DNA of 64,000 nt from an uncultured Methanoregulaceae archaeon (GTDB taxonomy: Archaea > Halobacteriota > Methanomicrobia > Methanomicrobiales > Methanospirillaceae), in NCBI GenBank assembly GCA_963701095.1, contig OY969564.1:960001-1024000 (forward strand), given 5' to 3'. The notes under the pieces are model-generated. The model did not search any database, was not told the DNA's origin, and worked only from the letters and a program-made list of their open reading frames with translations. This document shows, in pieces, positions 42,365 through 51,751 of the stretch; positions within the stretch are counted from its first letter, which is position 1; each line of letters opens with the position of its first letter. Made by a program: the position numbers and the translations under genes.

Positions 42365-43114
42365 CTATTCCTCTTCAGACGCACTCAGCGCGGCTCCAAT
42401 CGCCCCGACTATTTGCGGGTCAGGCGGTACAAAAACAGGTCTGCCCATCTCGTTTTCAAGGAGTATCCGCACGCAGTCGTTCAACGCCACACCGCCAGCA
42501 AAAAATATTTTTTCTGTTGGTGCAACCCGTTTCAGGAGACCTGCGGAACGGCTTACAATAGATTTGTGGATACCAAGTGCCACTTCATTCCGAAGTGCAC
42601 CTTGGGAAATGAGTGATACAACTTCAGATTCGGCAAAGACGGTACACATGCTGTTGATCTTTTCTGCCCTTGTGGCGGAAAGGGCAGCCGCCGAGAATTC
42701 TTCCAACGTGAAACCGAGCACGGTTGCCATGACCTCAAGGAAACGCCCGGTCCCCGCAGCACACCGGTCGTTCATTTCGAATTTGCATAAATCGCCTCTG
42801 CTATCCAGTGAAATTGCTTTTGTATCCTGTCCCCCGATGTCAAGAATTGATCCGCAGCTATCCGAGAAAAAACGGGCTCCGAGAACAAAGGCTGTTATCT
42901 CGGTTATCACCGGACACGAAAGATGACCTTTGATCAGGTGCCTCCCATATCCGGTAGCGGTGATACGATCAAATACCGTATCGGCCATTAGTTCCCGCGC
43001 CGTCCCAAGCGGGTCGTGAGATGTAACAATCTTGCGGGAAAGAATGAGCTCGCCGTTTTCTATAACGGCAAGCTTGATGGTACGTGAACCTATGTCAATT
43101 CCCGCGAATCTCAT
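42365..43114 (-). CDS. ASKHA ATP-dependent [4Fe-4S] electron-transfer protein (HgdC/DCCP-R type)
   Basis: GIDIGS, ATGYGR, DIGGQDTK, MNDRCAAGTGRFLE, SMCTVFAESE, GGVA. Confidence 0.92.
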   Translation of the reverse strand: MRFAGIDIGSRTIKLAVIENGELILSRKIVTSHDPLGTARELMADTVFDRITATGYGRHLIKGHLSCPVITEITAFVLGARFFSDSCGSILDIGGQDTKAISLDSRGDLCKFEMNDRCAAGTGRFLEVMATVLGFTLEEFSAAALSATRAEKINSMCTVFAESEVVSLISQGALRNEVALGIHKSIVSRSAGLLKRVAPTEKIFFAGGVALNDCVRILLENEMGRPVFVPPDPQIVGAIGAALSASEEE

Positions 43115-44391
43115 TTTTTCTTCAGGCGCTCGCCAAATGCTTCAATTCTTGTCTTGAGCTGACCTGCATCTTCCATACCATAATCAGTTTCAAGACGTAA
43201 GGTCGGTATGCCAGACTTTTCCAGCTCTTTTTCTACCGGACCGCTTTCCATGATATACGGCTGGCAGAATTGCAGGCTGTAATGAATGACCCCCTTGGCG
43301 TGGAGACTTTTTGTCATCTCTTTTATGTATTCAAGCCGTGAGGGATTTGGCGTAAACACTGCGCAGTCAATATTGAAATACCGGTCAGTGATAGCATCAA
43401 GAAGTTCGTCAACCGTGTTACCTTTTACTTCGGTCAGCCACCGTGAACCCCGTTCTCCAACACATGACTCCTCACCAACAATCACACCATTGCTGGATTC
43501 AATAAGGAAAGGAAGTTTCCAGTTCGGGACGGCCATGGGGCATCCTGAAACAATAACACGTGTGGTCCCCTTTGGAAACACGCCATTGTGGTTTTTCACG
43601 CGGACTTCCAGCTCGTCACAGAGTTTGTTGACCGCATCCGTAAACCGGACCGGATCATCATGGAAAAAGACCTGGTTTACCAAGAGGGAATCAAGTCCTG
43701 AAATTGGTGCCGGATCTGCAGCTCGAATCGCAGCAAGTCTTTTTACAGCCCTTCGTTTCGCATTTACCAGTTCAACTGCCTTTTTCAATGACGCAGCGGT
43801 TATCTTCTTTCCGCTTACTTTTTCGAGCTTTTCGATAAATTTACGGTATTCTTCCTTGAGGACAGATTTAGCCATTTCAGATTTTGTCTGGGGAAGGTCC
43901 ATGATATAGAGGTCTTTTACCAGCGGGCCCATTATCTCATAAGCCTTTTTCTTACCGTCGCAGGTATTCTCTCCCACAATAACATCGCAGGACTCCAGAT
44001 AGGGGCATACCTTCCCGAGTTTAAAACCAAATGCGGATTTAATAAGCGAACAGGTGTTCCTGGGCAGGAGAGTTTCGGCGCCTTCAAAATTAAATTCTGC
44101 ACCGGCACACAATCCGACCGCAACCCCGTCTACGGCAAGAACCAGCTCTTCCGGGACAAAGACGCAGTATGAACCGATTATTACCCGGCCCTGTTCTTTG
44201 GCATCCATAAGCTCCTTGATACGGAGTCCATGAACTTCGCTCATTACAAAATCGAAATACTTCATTCCCTCAGGGCGGTTCTTTTGTGACAGGAAAATAT
44301 CCGTATAGGCTTTTCCAAGACCCGCGAGAAGTGCGTCATGGGTCTTGATATCAAGTCCCAGCGACTCCCACATTTTTGTGTAATCTGTCAT
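43111..44391 (-). CDS. Double-cubane cluster protein (DCCP)-like anaerobic reductase (HgdAB superfamily)
   Basis: N-terminal W..L.LD...HD..L and NRP..M.YFD...HG.R..EL, plus Cys motifs YCVFVPEE, RNTCSLIKS, CPY, TCDGKKK, EESCVGER, DCAVFTPN, LQFCQPY, as I recall them from Carboxydothermus DCCP; activator gene adjacent. Confidence 0.82.
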   Translation of the reverse strand: MTDYTKMWESLGLDIKTHDALLAGLGKAYTDIFLSQKNRPEGMKYFDFVMSEVHGLRIKELMDAKEQGRVIIGSYCVFVPEELVLAVDGVAVGLCAGAEFNFEGAETLLPRNTCSLIKSAFGFKLGKVCPYLESCDVIVGENTCDGKKKAYEIMGPLVKDLYIMDLPQTKSEMAKSVLKEEYRKFIEKLEKVSGKKITAASLKKAVELVNAKRRAVKRLAAIRAADPAPISGLDSLLVNQVFFHDDPVRFTDAVNKLCDELEVRVKNHNGVFPKGTTRVIVSGCPMAVPNWKLPFLIESSNGVIVGEESCVGERGSRWLTEVKGNTVDELLDAITDRYFNIDCAVFTPNPSRLEYIKEMTKSLHAKGVIHYSLQFCQPYIMESGPVEKELEKSGIPTLRLETDYGMEDAGQLKTRIEAFGERLKKK

Positions 44392-44421
44392 GTTTTTGCG
44401 ACCTTCCTCTTTTTGCATTTA

Positions 44422-44946
44422 CTATGAGATTTTTCTGACCTCTGCTTTCAGCCTGATTGGATTCCGGATGGTGAACATGCCCATACAATGTCCCAGGGAA
44501 TACTCTTTCAGGTCCTCTACCTGTGCATCGGTCAGGTCTCCTTTAATGTCCAGAATGACCCGGAACTCGTTGACAAGGGGTGCCTTCCCGAGGTCAAACT
44601 GGGCTGTGTAATCGAGATCTGCCTCGACCCGGGTCTTGACAGAAGTGAGCCGGATGTTTCTCAGGGAAGCTTCAGTGACAAAGGTGCTTGAGTAACAGGC
44701 AGCAAACCAGAAGAGTCCGAATGCCATTGGCCCGGGCCGTACACCGGGGCCGGCGAAGTTCGGGTGGCTTGCTTCCATGGTATAGGTACCATCCTTTACC
44801 TTTACAACCGAACGGAACTGGGGTCCACCTTCTTCAAAGAGCCAGTCTCCTTCGATCTTAGCCGTGAACTTTGCATCTCCCGGCTTTTTCTGGATCTCTT
44901 TTTTATAATCGACAACCTGCTTCGTATCAATGTTATTCAGACCCAT
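44422..44946 (-). CDS. OsmC/Ohr-family protein
   Basis: G...GP......AAC motif and a second Cys (GHCMG) near the C-terminus. Confidence 0.75.
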   Translation of the reverse strand: MGLNNIDTKQVVDYKKEIQKKPGDAKFTAKIEGDWLFEEGGPQFRSVVKVKDGTYTMEASHPNFAGPGVRPGPMAFGLFWFAACYSSTFVTEASLRNIRLTSVKTRVEADLDYTAQFDLGKAPLVNEFRVILDIKGDLTDAQVEDLKEYSLGHCMGMFTIRNPIRLKAEVRKIS

Positions 44947-45029
44947 TGGTTAACACCCAAGGAATGTTTGCTAATATAGGTAAAAAAAGTTGTGTTAATA
45001 ACTGTTTAATAAATTTTAAATGTGTTTAA

Positions 45030-45416
45030 CTACTTCATTGCGCTCTTCCAGATACCGATTGCATTTCCCTCTGTATCCCGGATGATTGCAATTTCACCAA
45101 TAGTCTTAATTTCTCTTTTGGGGACTTCGATCTTACCGCCCAGTTTTTCTACGTTTGCGAGAACCTTGTCAATATTATCGACAAGGACGTAATTTATGAT
45201 GTTCTCCGACATCTGGCGCTTATACATACCTCCCCAGCTCATGGTTCCTTTCTCTTCGTTTCCGGTGATCACGTCCTGGTACTCCATCGATTGCTTCATT
45301 GCCGGATCCATCGGCGTTTTTGTCGGCACAATCTTCCATCCGAGTAGTGCATGATAGAATTTTTTTGCGCGATCGACATCCTCTGCAGGAATCTCAAAAT
45401 ATCCGATATTTGACAT
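45030..45416 (-). CDS. VOC/glyoxalase-family protein
   Basis: YFEIPA.D..RA..FY..L.GW, LGGKI, DTEGN.IGIW. Confidence 0.9.
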   Translation of the reverse strand: MSNIGYFEIPAEDVDRAKKFYHALLGWKIVPTKTPMDPAMKQSMEYQDVITGNEEKGTMSWGGMYKRQMSENIINYVLVDNIDKVLANVEKLGGKIEVPKREIKTIGEIAIIRDTEGNAIGIWKSAMK

Positions 45417-45519
45417 GGCATGTGGATAGGATCAGGAGGTTATGTATATTCCCGCATTTCTCAAAACAAGTTTCAAAAGATGAAAGAGGAAAAAGGAAGA
45501 TTGCCTTGGTTATGATACC

Positions 45520-46296
45520 TTACGTTTCTTCATTAAAATCCGGGGAGGGATCCTTATACTGGTTCTTGTGCCGCTTTTGGGCCTCTTTTTCCCGGTCGAG
45601 CGCGTCAGGATCGACGTGCCATTCTGTCCTGCGGAGGAGACCGTGGATGGTGCTGGCTTCCCGGGTAGTAAGGCCTGCCCTGCCGAGAATGCGACGGATC
45701 ATGATCATGGTATTTTCCCGTTTGAACGCTGGATGGTGCACGGAATCCAGGAACCGGTCGATGTGCTGGTAGAGATGGCCGAGTTCGTAGGGAGAGGCAA
45801 GCCGGTACTGTGCGGACGGAAGGTTTGCCAGTTCATAGCAGACAATACCAACCGCATGGGAGAGGTTCATAATGGGGTACTCCGGGGCAGTCGGGATCGT
45901 GCAGATCATATCACTGCGTTTTACTTCCTCGTTATTGAGCCCCCAGTTTTCTCGGCCAAAGAGGATAGATACCCGGCCATCTGCGGTTCCGATACGTTCC
46001 CGCAATTCTCGGGGCGAATAAAATGGCATCCTCATGGGAGTGCAGACCGATTTGCTCACCTGGCCGGTTGTGGCTACCACGATACTGCTCCGGGAAAAAA
46101 CATCCTCCATGGTGCAGATCTTTGCATTTTTTAAAACATCCTGTGCATGGGAGGCTCTTCCTTTCGCTTCCTCACCCATTGTGCAGGGATCTACAAGCAC
46201 TAACCGGGTAAACCCGAAATTCTTCATCACCCGTGCGGCAAACCCCACGTTCCCTTCATAGAGGGGGGCCACGAGCACGATGTCGATTTCAGGCAT
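45520..46296 (-). CDS. trmJ: tRNA 2'-O-methyltransferase, TrmJ/SPOUT family
   Basis: GNVG..AR.MKNFG, FGRENWGL.NEE, IPT...YP.MNLSHAV. Confidence 0.88.
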   Translation of the reverse strand: MPEIDIVLVAPLYEGNVGFAARVMKNFGFTRLVLVDPCTMGEEAKGRASHAQDVLKNAKICTMEDVFSRSSIVVATTGQVSKSVCTPMRMPFYSPRELRERIGTADGRVSILFGRENWGLNNEEVKRSDMICTIPTAPEYPIMNLSHAVGIVCYELANLPSAQYRLASPYELGHLYQHIDRFLDSVHHPAFKRENTMIMIRRILGRAGLTTREASTIHGLLRRTEWHVDPDALDREKEAQKRHKNQYKDPSPDFNEET

Positions 46297-46304
46297 AAAA
46301 AAAG

Positions 46305-46988
46305 TTACTGGACCGCGTCCACCGTGTCTTTAAGGACGGAGGCTCCCTGATCATACACTGCGTTTCCTACGACAATCGTATCCGCATACTTCCCCATTTC
46401 AGATGCCTTCTGTGCAGAATTGATCCCACCGCCATAATAGAGGATCGCTTCGTCGATTGCTTCAGCTGCTGCTTTTACCACAGCGGGATCGCCGTATGTC
46501 CCTGAATATTCGATATAAACGATCGGGAAATGGAAGTACCGGTCGGCGACCGCAGTATATGCGGCGACTTCTTCTGGTTTAAGATCGCAGATGGCCTTTG
46601 TTACCCGGCCTACCGAAGAGTTGGGGTTAAGGACGATATATGCTTCAGGAACTACCTTGTCCCACGGAATGTTCCCGTCCTGCTGCTGGACCCAGTACCG
46701 GTGTTTGCCAACAATCCATTGCACATCAGTCGTGTTCAACACACTTGGCACAAAGACGTACTCAATCCCGTCGAGAAGCACAGCTTCTGGGCCCGCCGGC
46801 TCCATCACGAGGGGAAGATCATACCGGGCTATCTGCTTCTGGAGGGAAAGCAGGTTCTCTTTTGTCACATTCAGCGTTCCCGACAACATGAGCGCATCAG
46901 TTCCGCTGGTAGCAATTGCATCGATGTCCCCGGGTTTGAGTTGTTTGTCAGGATCGAGTTTGGTCACGTGAACCCAGTCTTTCCATTT
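46305..46988 (-). CDS. Geranylgeranylglyceryl phosphate synthase (group I / PcrB-like)
   Basis: HVTKLDPDK, EAYIVLNP, YIEYSG, YGGGI, ADTIVVGN. Confidence 0.9.
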   Translation of the reverse strand, partial: KWKDWVHVTKLDPDKQLKPGDIDAIATSGTDALMLSGTLNVTKENLLSLQKQIARYDLPLVMEPAGPEAVLLDGIEYVFVPSVLNTTDVQWIVGKHRYWVQQQDGNIPWDKVVPEAYIVLNPNSSVGRVTKAICDLKPEEVAAYTAVADRYFHFPIVYIEYSGTYGDPAVVKAAAEAIDEAILYYGGGINSAQKASEMGKYADTIVVGNAVYDQGASVLKDTVDAVQ

Positions 46989-47095
46989 CATAGCAGTATC
47001 AGCATCATGTATGTTGTTTATCAAAATAAACTCTGACGCCTTCTTGAAAAGGATTTCAGGATTCATTCCTGTCCTGGTATCTGCGATAGTATTAT

Positions 47096-48017
47096 CTATT
47101 CCAGTCCTATCGGAAGGATATCGTCAATACTATTCACAAAAGTGACATTTATGCCAATATTGTTTTCAATATAATCTTTTGCAGAAATCTGTTCCGGTAC
47201 CTGCTGGATCAGCTGAAAACCGCCATAATTTGTTACCGTCTCGTTGTAATTGGTAAAAACGGCATTTTCTTCAGGGAGGAGGAATAAGGTTTTTCCGCTC
47301 TCTTTTGCAGCAGTCGCTTTTTCGATTACACCGCCGATTGCGCCCACATGTCCGTCTGTATCAATGGTCCCCGTCAGGGTGATATGCGGATTAATCGTCC
47401 GGTTTTCTATGGCAGCAATAGTTGCAAGGGTCATCAATGCACCGGCACTCGGCCCGTCCACAGAAGAAATCTGGTTTTCTGCCTGAATGGAAAAGATAAC
47501 ATCACTGCCGGAAAGATTAATCCCAGTCCTGTTCTCGGCAACTGCCACAGCAGTATTTGCGGCGTCCTGGAACACAACACCCATCAGTGGCGTCGTCTGG
47601 ACCAGCACTCTTCCTTCTCCTGGCTGAATCTCAACGGAGAGATTCATCATCGTGCCATTGGATACAATGTTCTGAGTAACAAATCCCCCATTATTGACAT
47701 TAACTACATTCTGGGAGACTGCCGGTGCCTGTATCGTTGCATATCCCGTTAAAGTAAGCGATGGACCTGAAGAGTTAAGGCCGGAAGTGGGGAATCGTGT
47801 GCGATAAAACGAGAGTTGGGATGAAGAGCCCAAAAAGTCTGGTATTTGCCTGATCCAGCTGACGGTGCAGCTGCATGTTCTCCGTTGTGAGCGAATTCGT
47901 TTTTTCGACGAGATTCGAGATGATTCCCTGCTGCTGTGGCACATAGATTGCGAAAGTGACTATGTTTGCCGCAACTGAGACAACGAGCAAGGCTGCAAGA
48001 ACGTGGATTGTCTTCAT
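47096..48017 (-). CDS. Membrane-anchored Lon-like (S16) serine protease domain protein, frameshift near 47834
   Basis: N-terminal TM + coiled coil (47775-48017), then DGPSAG, TGTI..DG.VG.IGGV.EK Ser-Lys dyad; break at a T5 run. Confidence 0.83.
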
Positions 48018-48285
48018 AGCATATCCTGCCGGTCAATTTTTTCATGTTTTGTAAATTTTCGATGGGAATAAAGATTACGTTTGAGGAAATTTTCTGGCAT
48101 ATGCGTGCTGAAATTTTAATCCTCTACTATTATCCTCAAAATCCCGCAATTTTGGAAAAAAGTATCTGAAAAAAAACAAATCGGGTATCATACTAGGTTT
48201 TATCGTGTCCTGTGTGTAGTTCACCATAATTATCCGGAATTCAAGAGTCCGCTCTTGTTACCGGAGACACAACGGAGATACAAAA

Positions 48286-48723
48286 ATGTCGACCGTAGAA
48301 GAAAATAAGCGCCTCATGCAGACGCTGGATGATGCCTGGAACTCCCAGGACTGGGTAACATTCGAGAAACGCCACGCGAAAGATGTTGATGTCTTCTGGC
48401 CGGGCCAGGAAAAACCGACTCACGGCAGGCCATCCCATAAGGATGAGGCCATCGCATTCTTCAAAATATTCCCTGACAACAAAGTCGGGAACCGTCCCTA
48501 TAAGACCCTGTTCGGGGAGGGGGACTGGACGTGTTCGGTCGCCGATTTCACCGGAACGTTCAAGGGCCCGATGAACACTCCCGATGGCAAAGAGATACCG
48601 CCCAACGGGAAGAAGTTTAAGGTAGAGTTCTGCACGGTCGCCCACTGGAAGAACGGGGAGATCATCGAGGAGAAGCTCTTCTATGACAAGATCTCCCTGA
48701 TGCAGCAGATCGGCCTGATGTAA
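48286..48723 (+). CDS. SnoaL-like ester cyclase
   Basis: MSTVEENK, FPD, GEGDW, GTFKG...IPPNGK, GEIIEE..FYD...LMQQIG. Confidence 0.88.
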   Translation: MSTVEENKRLMQTLDDAWNSQDWVTFEKRHAKDVDVFWPGQEKPTHGRPSHKDEAIAFFKIFPDNKVGNRPYKTLFGEGDWTCSVADFTGTFKGPMNTPDGKEIPPNGKKFKVEFCTVAHWKNGEIIEEKLFYDKISLMQQIGLM

Positions 48724-48749
48724 GAATGGGTATAAAGGACGTTGAGCGT

Positions 48750-49163
48750 ATGAGTTTTGTCAGAGTTGCTACGGTAAGCGAAATTCCTGCGGGAACCATG
48801 AAACACGTTGAAGTAGGGGGAAAAGAAATCTGCATCGCAAATGTAAGTGGGAAATTTTATGCGATCAACGACCGGTGTGGTCATGAGAACGCCCGGCTCT
48901 CCCGGGGATCCCTCATAAATACCATCGTAACCTGCCCCATGCATTCTTCACAGTTTGACATAACTACCGGGAAACTGATGTCGGGGCCGGTTCTTGAACT
49001 CGCCGGGATAAAAGAGATGTTTACCGGCTGTCCCGAAAAAGTGAAAAAAGCAGTGGAGCAAATGTATGAGGGGATTTTCGAGGAGCAACGCCTGATCAAA
49101 ACGTACGATCAGTTAGTTTACGACGTGAAAATGGATGGCAGCGACGTGCTTGTCCAGATTTAA
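48750..49163 (+). CDS. Rieske [2Fe-2S] ferredoxin
   Basis: DRCGH ... CPMHSSQFD. Confidence 0.88.
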   Translation: MSFVRVATVSEIPAGTMKHVEVGGKEICIANVSGKFYAINDRCGHENARLSRGSLINTIVTCPMHSSQFDITTGKLMSGPVLELAGIKEMFTGCPEKVKKAVEQMYEGIFEEQRLIKTYDQLVYDVKMDGSDVLVQI

Positions 49164-49234
49164 ATAGTTGTGGTCGTTATTACGCATTCACCTAATAAAA
49201 TATATGTCTTAAGAAAATACAAAGTCCAGATTAT

Positions 49235-49654
49235 ATGACAAGAGAACCGTTGATGCCAGATAGCCGTGTGAATGCTTTTTGTGGTGAATGCGGTGGTAAA
49301 ATAGTACCCCATAAACAGGGTTCATCAGAAAAAGGGAGAAGGATATGCCCGTTTTGCGGAGGGTTTATTCACGATTCTTGTGCATCAGTGCATAACGCGA
49401 AACATAAAGATGAATTGGGGAGTTCCTTATACAGTCGTTATCTCAAGAATATCGAGAAGGAGGGGATATCTGAAAAAGATGTATGCTGCGTTGAATGTGG
49501 GGATAAATTACTCAAACATACGGCATCATCCAACACACGTCTTATCGATAATCTGACAAATGAGATCGTGTGCACATGCGAGTATTGTGGCGGATACCTG
49601 CATGATTATTGTAAAGATCTTCATTATGCACATCACGAAAAACCATGTAAATAA
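49235..49654 (+). CDS. Hypothetical protein with two Cys/His zinc-finger repeats
   Basis: C.ECG...C..CGG..HD.C...H...H occurs twice. Confidence 0.75.
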   Translation: MTREPLMPDSRVNAFCGECGGKIVPHKQGSSEKGRRICPFCGGFIHDSCASVHNAKHKDELGSSLYSRYLKNIEKEGISEKDVCCVECGDKLLKHTASSNTRLIDNLTNEIVCTCEYCGGYLHDYCKDLHYAHHEKPCK

Positions 49655-49761
49655 AATCCTTTTTTTTCGGTTCTTAGTGTGATGACGTGACTAAAAAGAA
49701 AATAATTTCGTCGTAATTAATACGAACCCGGTATTTAAAGAGTCGGACAACACACCAGAAC

Positions 49762-50415
49762 TTATTTACCCTTCATTTTATCGGTTTGATCATTCTTTTT
49801 TCGGAAAAATCCTACAACAATGGATCCAACAATAAGAATTGTGATCCCAAGAACAGCCAGGCTGATATAATTGAAGTGCTCCTGGACGATTGGCAGACTT
49901 CCCACGAAATATCCGGCGAGTATAAAAGTACAACTCCACAGGACGGCGCCCACGACGTTATAGGTAATGAACCATCGGTAGTTCATCCTGCCGACACCGG
50001 CAAGGAACGGTGCAACGGTCCGGATATAGGGAATGAAGCGTGCGATAATAATAGTAAGACCGCCATACCGGGAAAAAAATGCCTCGGTTTTGTCCAGGTT
50101 ACTTTTTTTCACATGCTTTTCGAGTACGCCCATCCCTTTGGTTTTTGCGATCAGGTAGTTAGCTGAATCCCCGAGCACCGCTGCTGCCCAAATTGTGATG
50201 ATCAGGATACCTACATTCAGGTCACCTGAGCTCGCAAACGCCCCTGCAATAAAGAGAAGCGAATCCCCGGGAAGAAAGGGGAATACTACAAAGCCTGTTT
50301 CGGAAAAGATGAGCACAAACAGGATCAGGTACGTCCAGAATCCATATGTCTGAATAATTCCCGGAAGGTACTTATCGATATGAATAATGAAATAAAAAAG
50401 CGTGGAGAGATCCAT
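49762..50415 (-). CDS. DedA/VTT-family membrane protein
   Basis: FSETG...PFLPGDSLLF, ARFIP..RT.APF.AG. Confidence 0.92.
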   Translation of the reverse strand: MDLSTLFYFIIHIDKYLPGIIQTYGFWTYLILFVLIFSETGFVVFPFLPGDSLLFIAGAFASSGDLNVGILIITIWAAAVLGDSANYLIAKTKGMGVLEKHVKKSNLDKTEAFFSRYGGLTIIIARFIPYIRTVAPFLAGVGRMNYRWFITYNVVGAVLWSCTFILAGYFVGSLPIVQEHFNYISLAVLGITILIVGSIVVGFFRKKNDQTDKMKGK

Positions 50416-50480
50416 GGATGGGAACGATATTCTTCCCTGATAATTATAATTGTATCGCAGTTTTTCCAACCGTCATCTGT

Positions 50481-51143
50481 TTATTCTGTCTGATCACCAA
50501 CCGGCAGCACTTCTTTGTAGAACCGTTTGCCTACCCACCAGATGAGAATCCCAATAAAGATCCATGATAACTCGGCAATATACGTGTTAAAGAATGCAAT
50601 GCCAATTGAGATAAGAAAAACTCCGGAGATAAGGAGCTCTCGCATGATAAAATAGTGTACAGTTACCTGAGGGAGGTCAGGATCAGAGAACCTTCGATCT
50701 TTCGTCGCATAATACCAGAGCGCAACAAAAATAAAACCGGCAAAAGCCTGAGTAAGGGCATAAAATATGACTGCAACCTGAGATTCGGGATATTGGATGA
50801 TCAAAGAAGTCTGGAACGGGATCAACGTAATACAAAAGAGAAACAGGAGGTTCAAACAGAGAAGAATGCGGTCTGCCTTGATAATATGCTGGAAAATCTG
50901 GTGATGGTTCATCCACCAGGTCCCTATGATAATGAAGCTGATGGTATAAATTAAGAACGTCGGCCATTCATTGACGAGATGCATCGTAAGTTCTGTCGAA
51001 ACATTGTTTTTTGCAATAACCGGAACTGCGAGAGAAAGAACCATCAGTGTGATGCAAAAGGAGAATACGCAGTCCGTAAAATTGAGCACGCGTTCAAAGT
51101 TCTTAAAAAACCGGTGGTGTGGATGGGGATCTTTAGATGACAT
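50481..51143 (-). CDS. TMEM175-family potassium channel
   Basis: R...F(T)D.VF....TL.VL, SF..IG..W..HH, LIPF; six TM helices. Confidence 0.85.
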   Translation of the reverse strand: MSSKDPHPHHRFFKNFERVLNFTDCVFSFCITLMVLSLAVPVIAKNNVSTELTMHLVNEWPTFLIYTISFIIIGTWWMNHHQIFQHIIKADRILLCLNLLFLFCITLIPFQTSLIIQYPESQVAVIFYALTQAFAGFIFVALWYYATKDRRFSDPDLPQVTVHYFIMRELLISGVFLISIGIAFFNTYIAELSWIFIGILIWWVGKRFYKEVLPVGDQTE

Positions 51144-51316
51144 GATTGTTTTCCTCGTCAATTTTTTATTAATACCAGAATTTTAAAGAGATCAGACCCC
51201 GTAAAAATTCGTCCTCGCAATCCAGGCAGATGATGAGGAGAGAGGGTGAGGAACCCATCATCGTCAATCGCCCATCTGATCGTATCACGAGTCTGGCGTT
51301 TCATGGATCTAATCAT

Positions 51317-51751
51317 TCAGAGGTTTTCCCTTTTCAGCGGCGTTGTTTTTTCAAAATCCCGGTTTACAGTGGCCCAGTATATCGTTCTGAAAAGGCGGTG
51401 GATCAGGTTCTTGTCAGAAGAGGTTTTGTTGATGACAGTGAATGCACCGTTCCGGGTTGCTTCTTCTCTTACGGTGCAGGCATCATGTGCAGTGAAGAGA
51501 ATAAAAGGGAATGTGTAACCGCGGGAACGAAATTCCTGCAGTAACGTAATCCCGTTTATGCCTCCCGGCATTTCGTAGTCAGCGACAATCACATCTGCGG
51601 TAGACGTTGACAGCCATTCAAGTGCAGATTCTCCGGAATGAAGGATTTTGAGCGTAATCGATCCCAACCTTTCACAGAATGCTCCAACTAACATGCACAT
51701 GCCAAGATCGTCATCAACATACAGGATGGATATGGTCGAGTTTTCTCTCAT
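51317..51751 (-). CDS. Response regulator receiver protein
   Basis: ILYVDDD, VADYEMP, FILFT; overlaps the upstream gene stop. Confidence 0.85.
   Translation of the reverse strand: MRENSTISILYVDDDLGMCMLVGAFCERLGSITLKILHSGESALEWLSTSTADVIVADYEMPGGINGITLLQEFRSRGYTFPFILFTAHDACTVREEATRNGAFTVINKTSSDKNLIHRLFRTIYWATVNRDFEKTTPLKRENL

Noticed and set aside
44994..45002. GTTAATAAC (SurR-like GTT-N3-AAC) upstream of the OsmC-DCCP operon
   Set aside because: A short motif in AT-rich DNA; SurR is characterised in Thermococcales and no such regulator is in the window.
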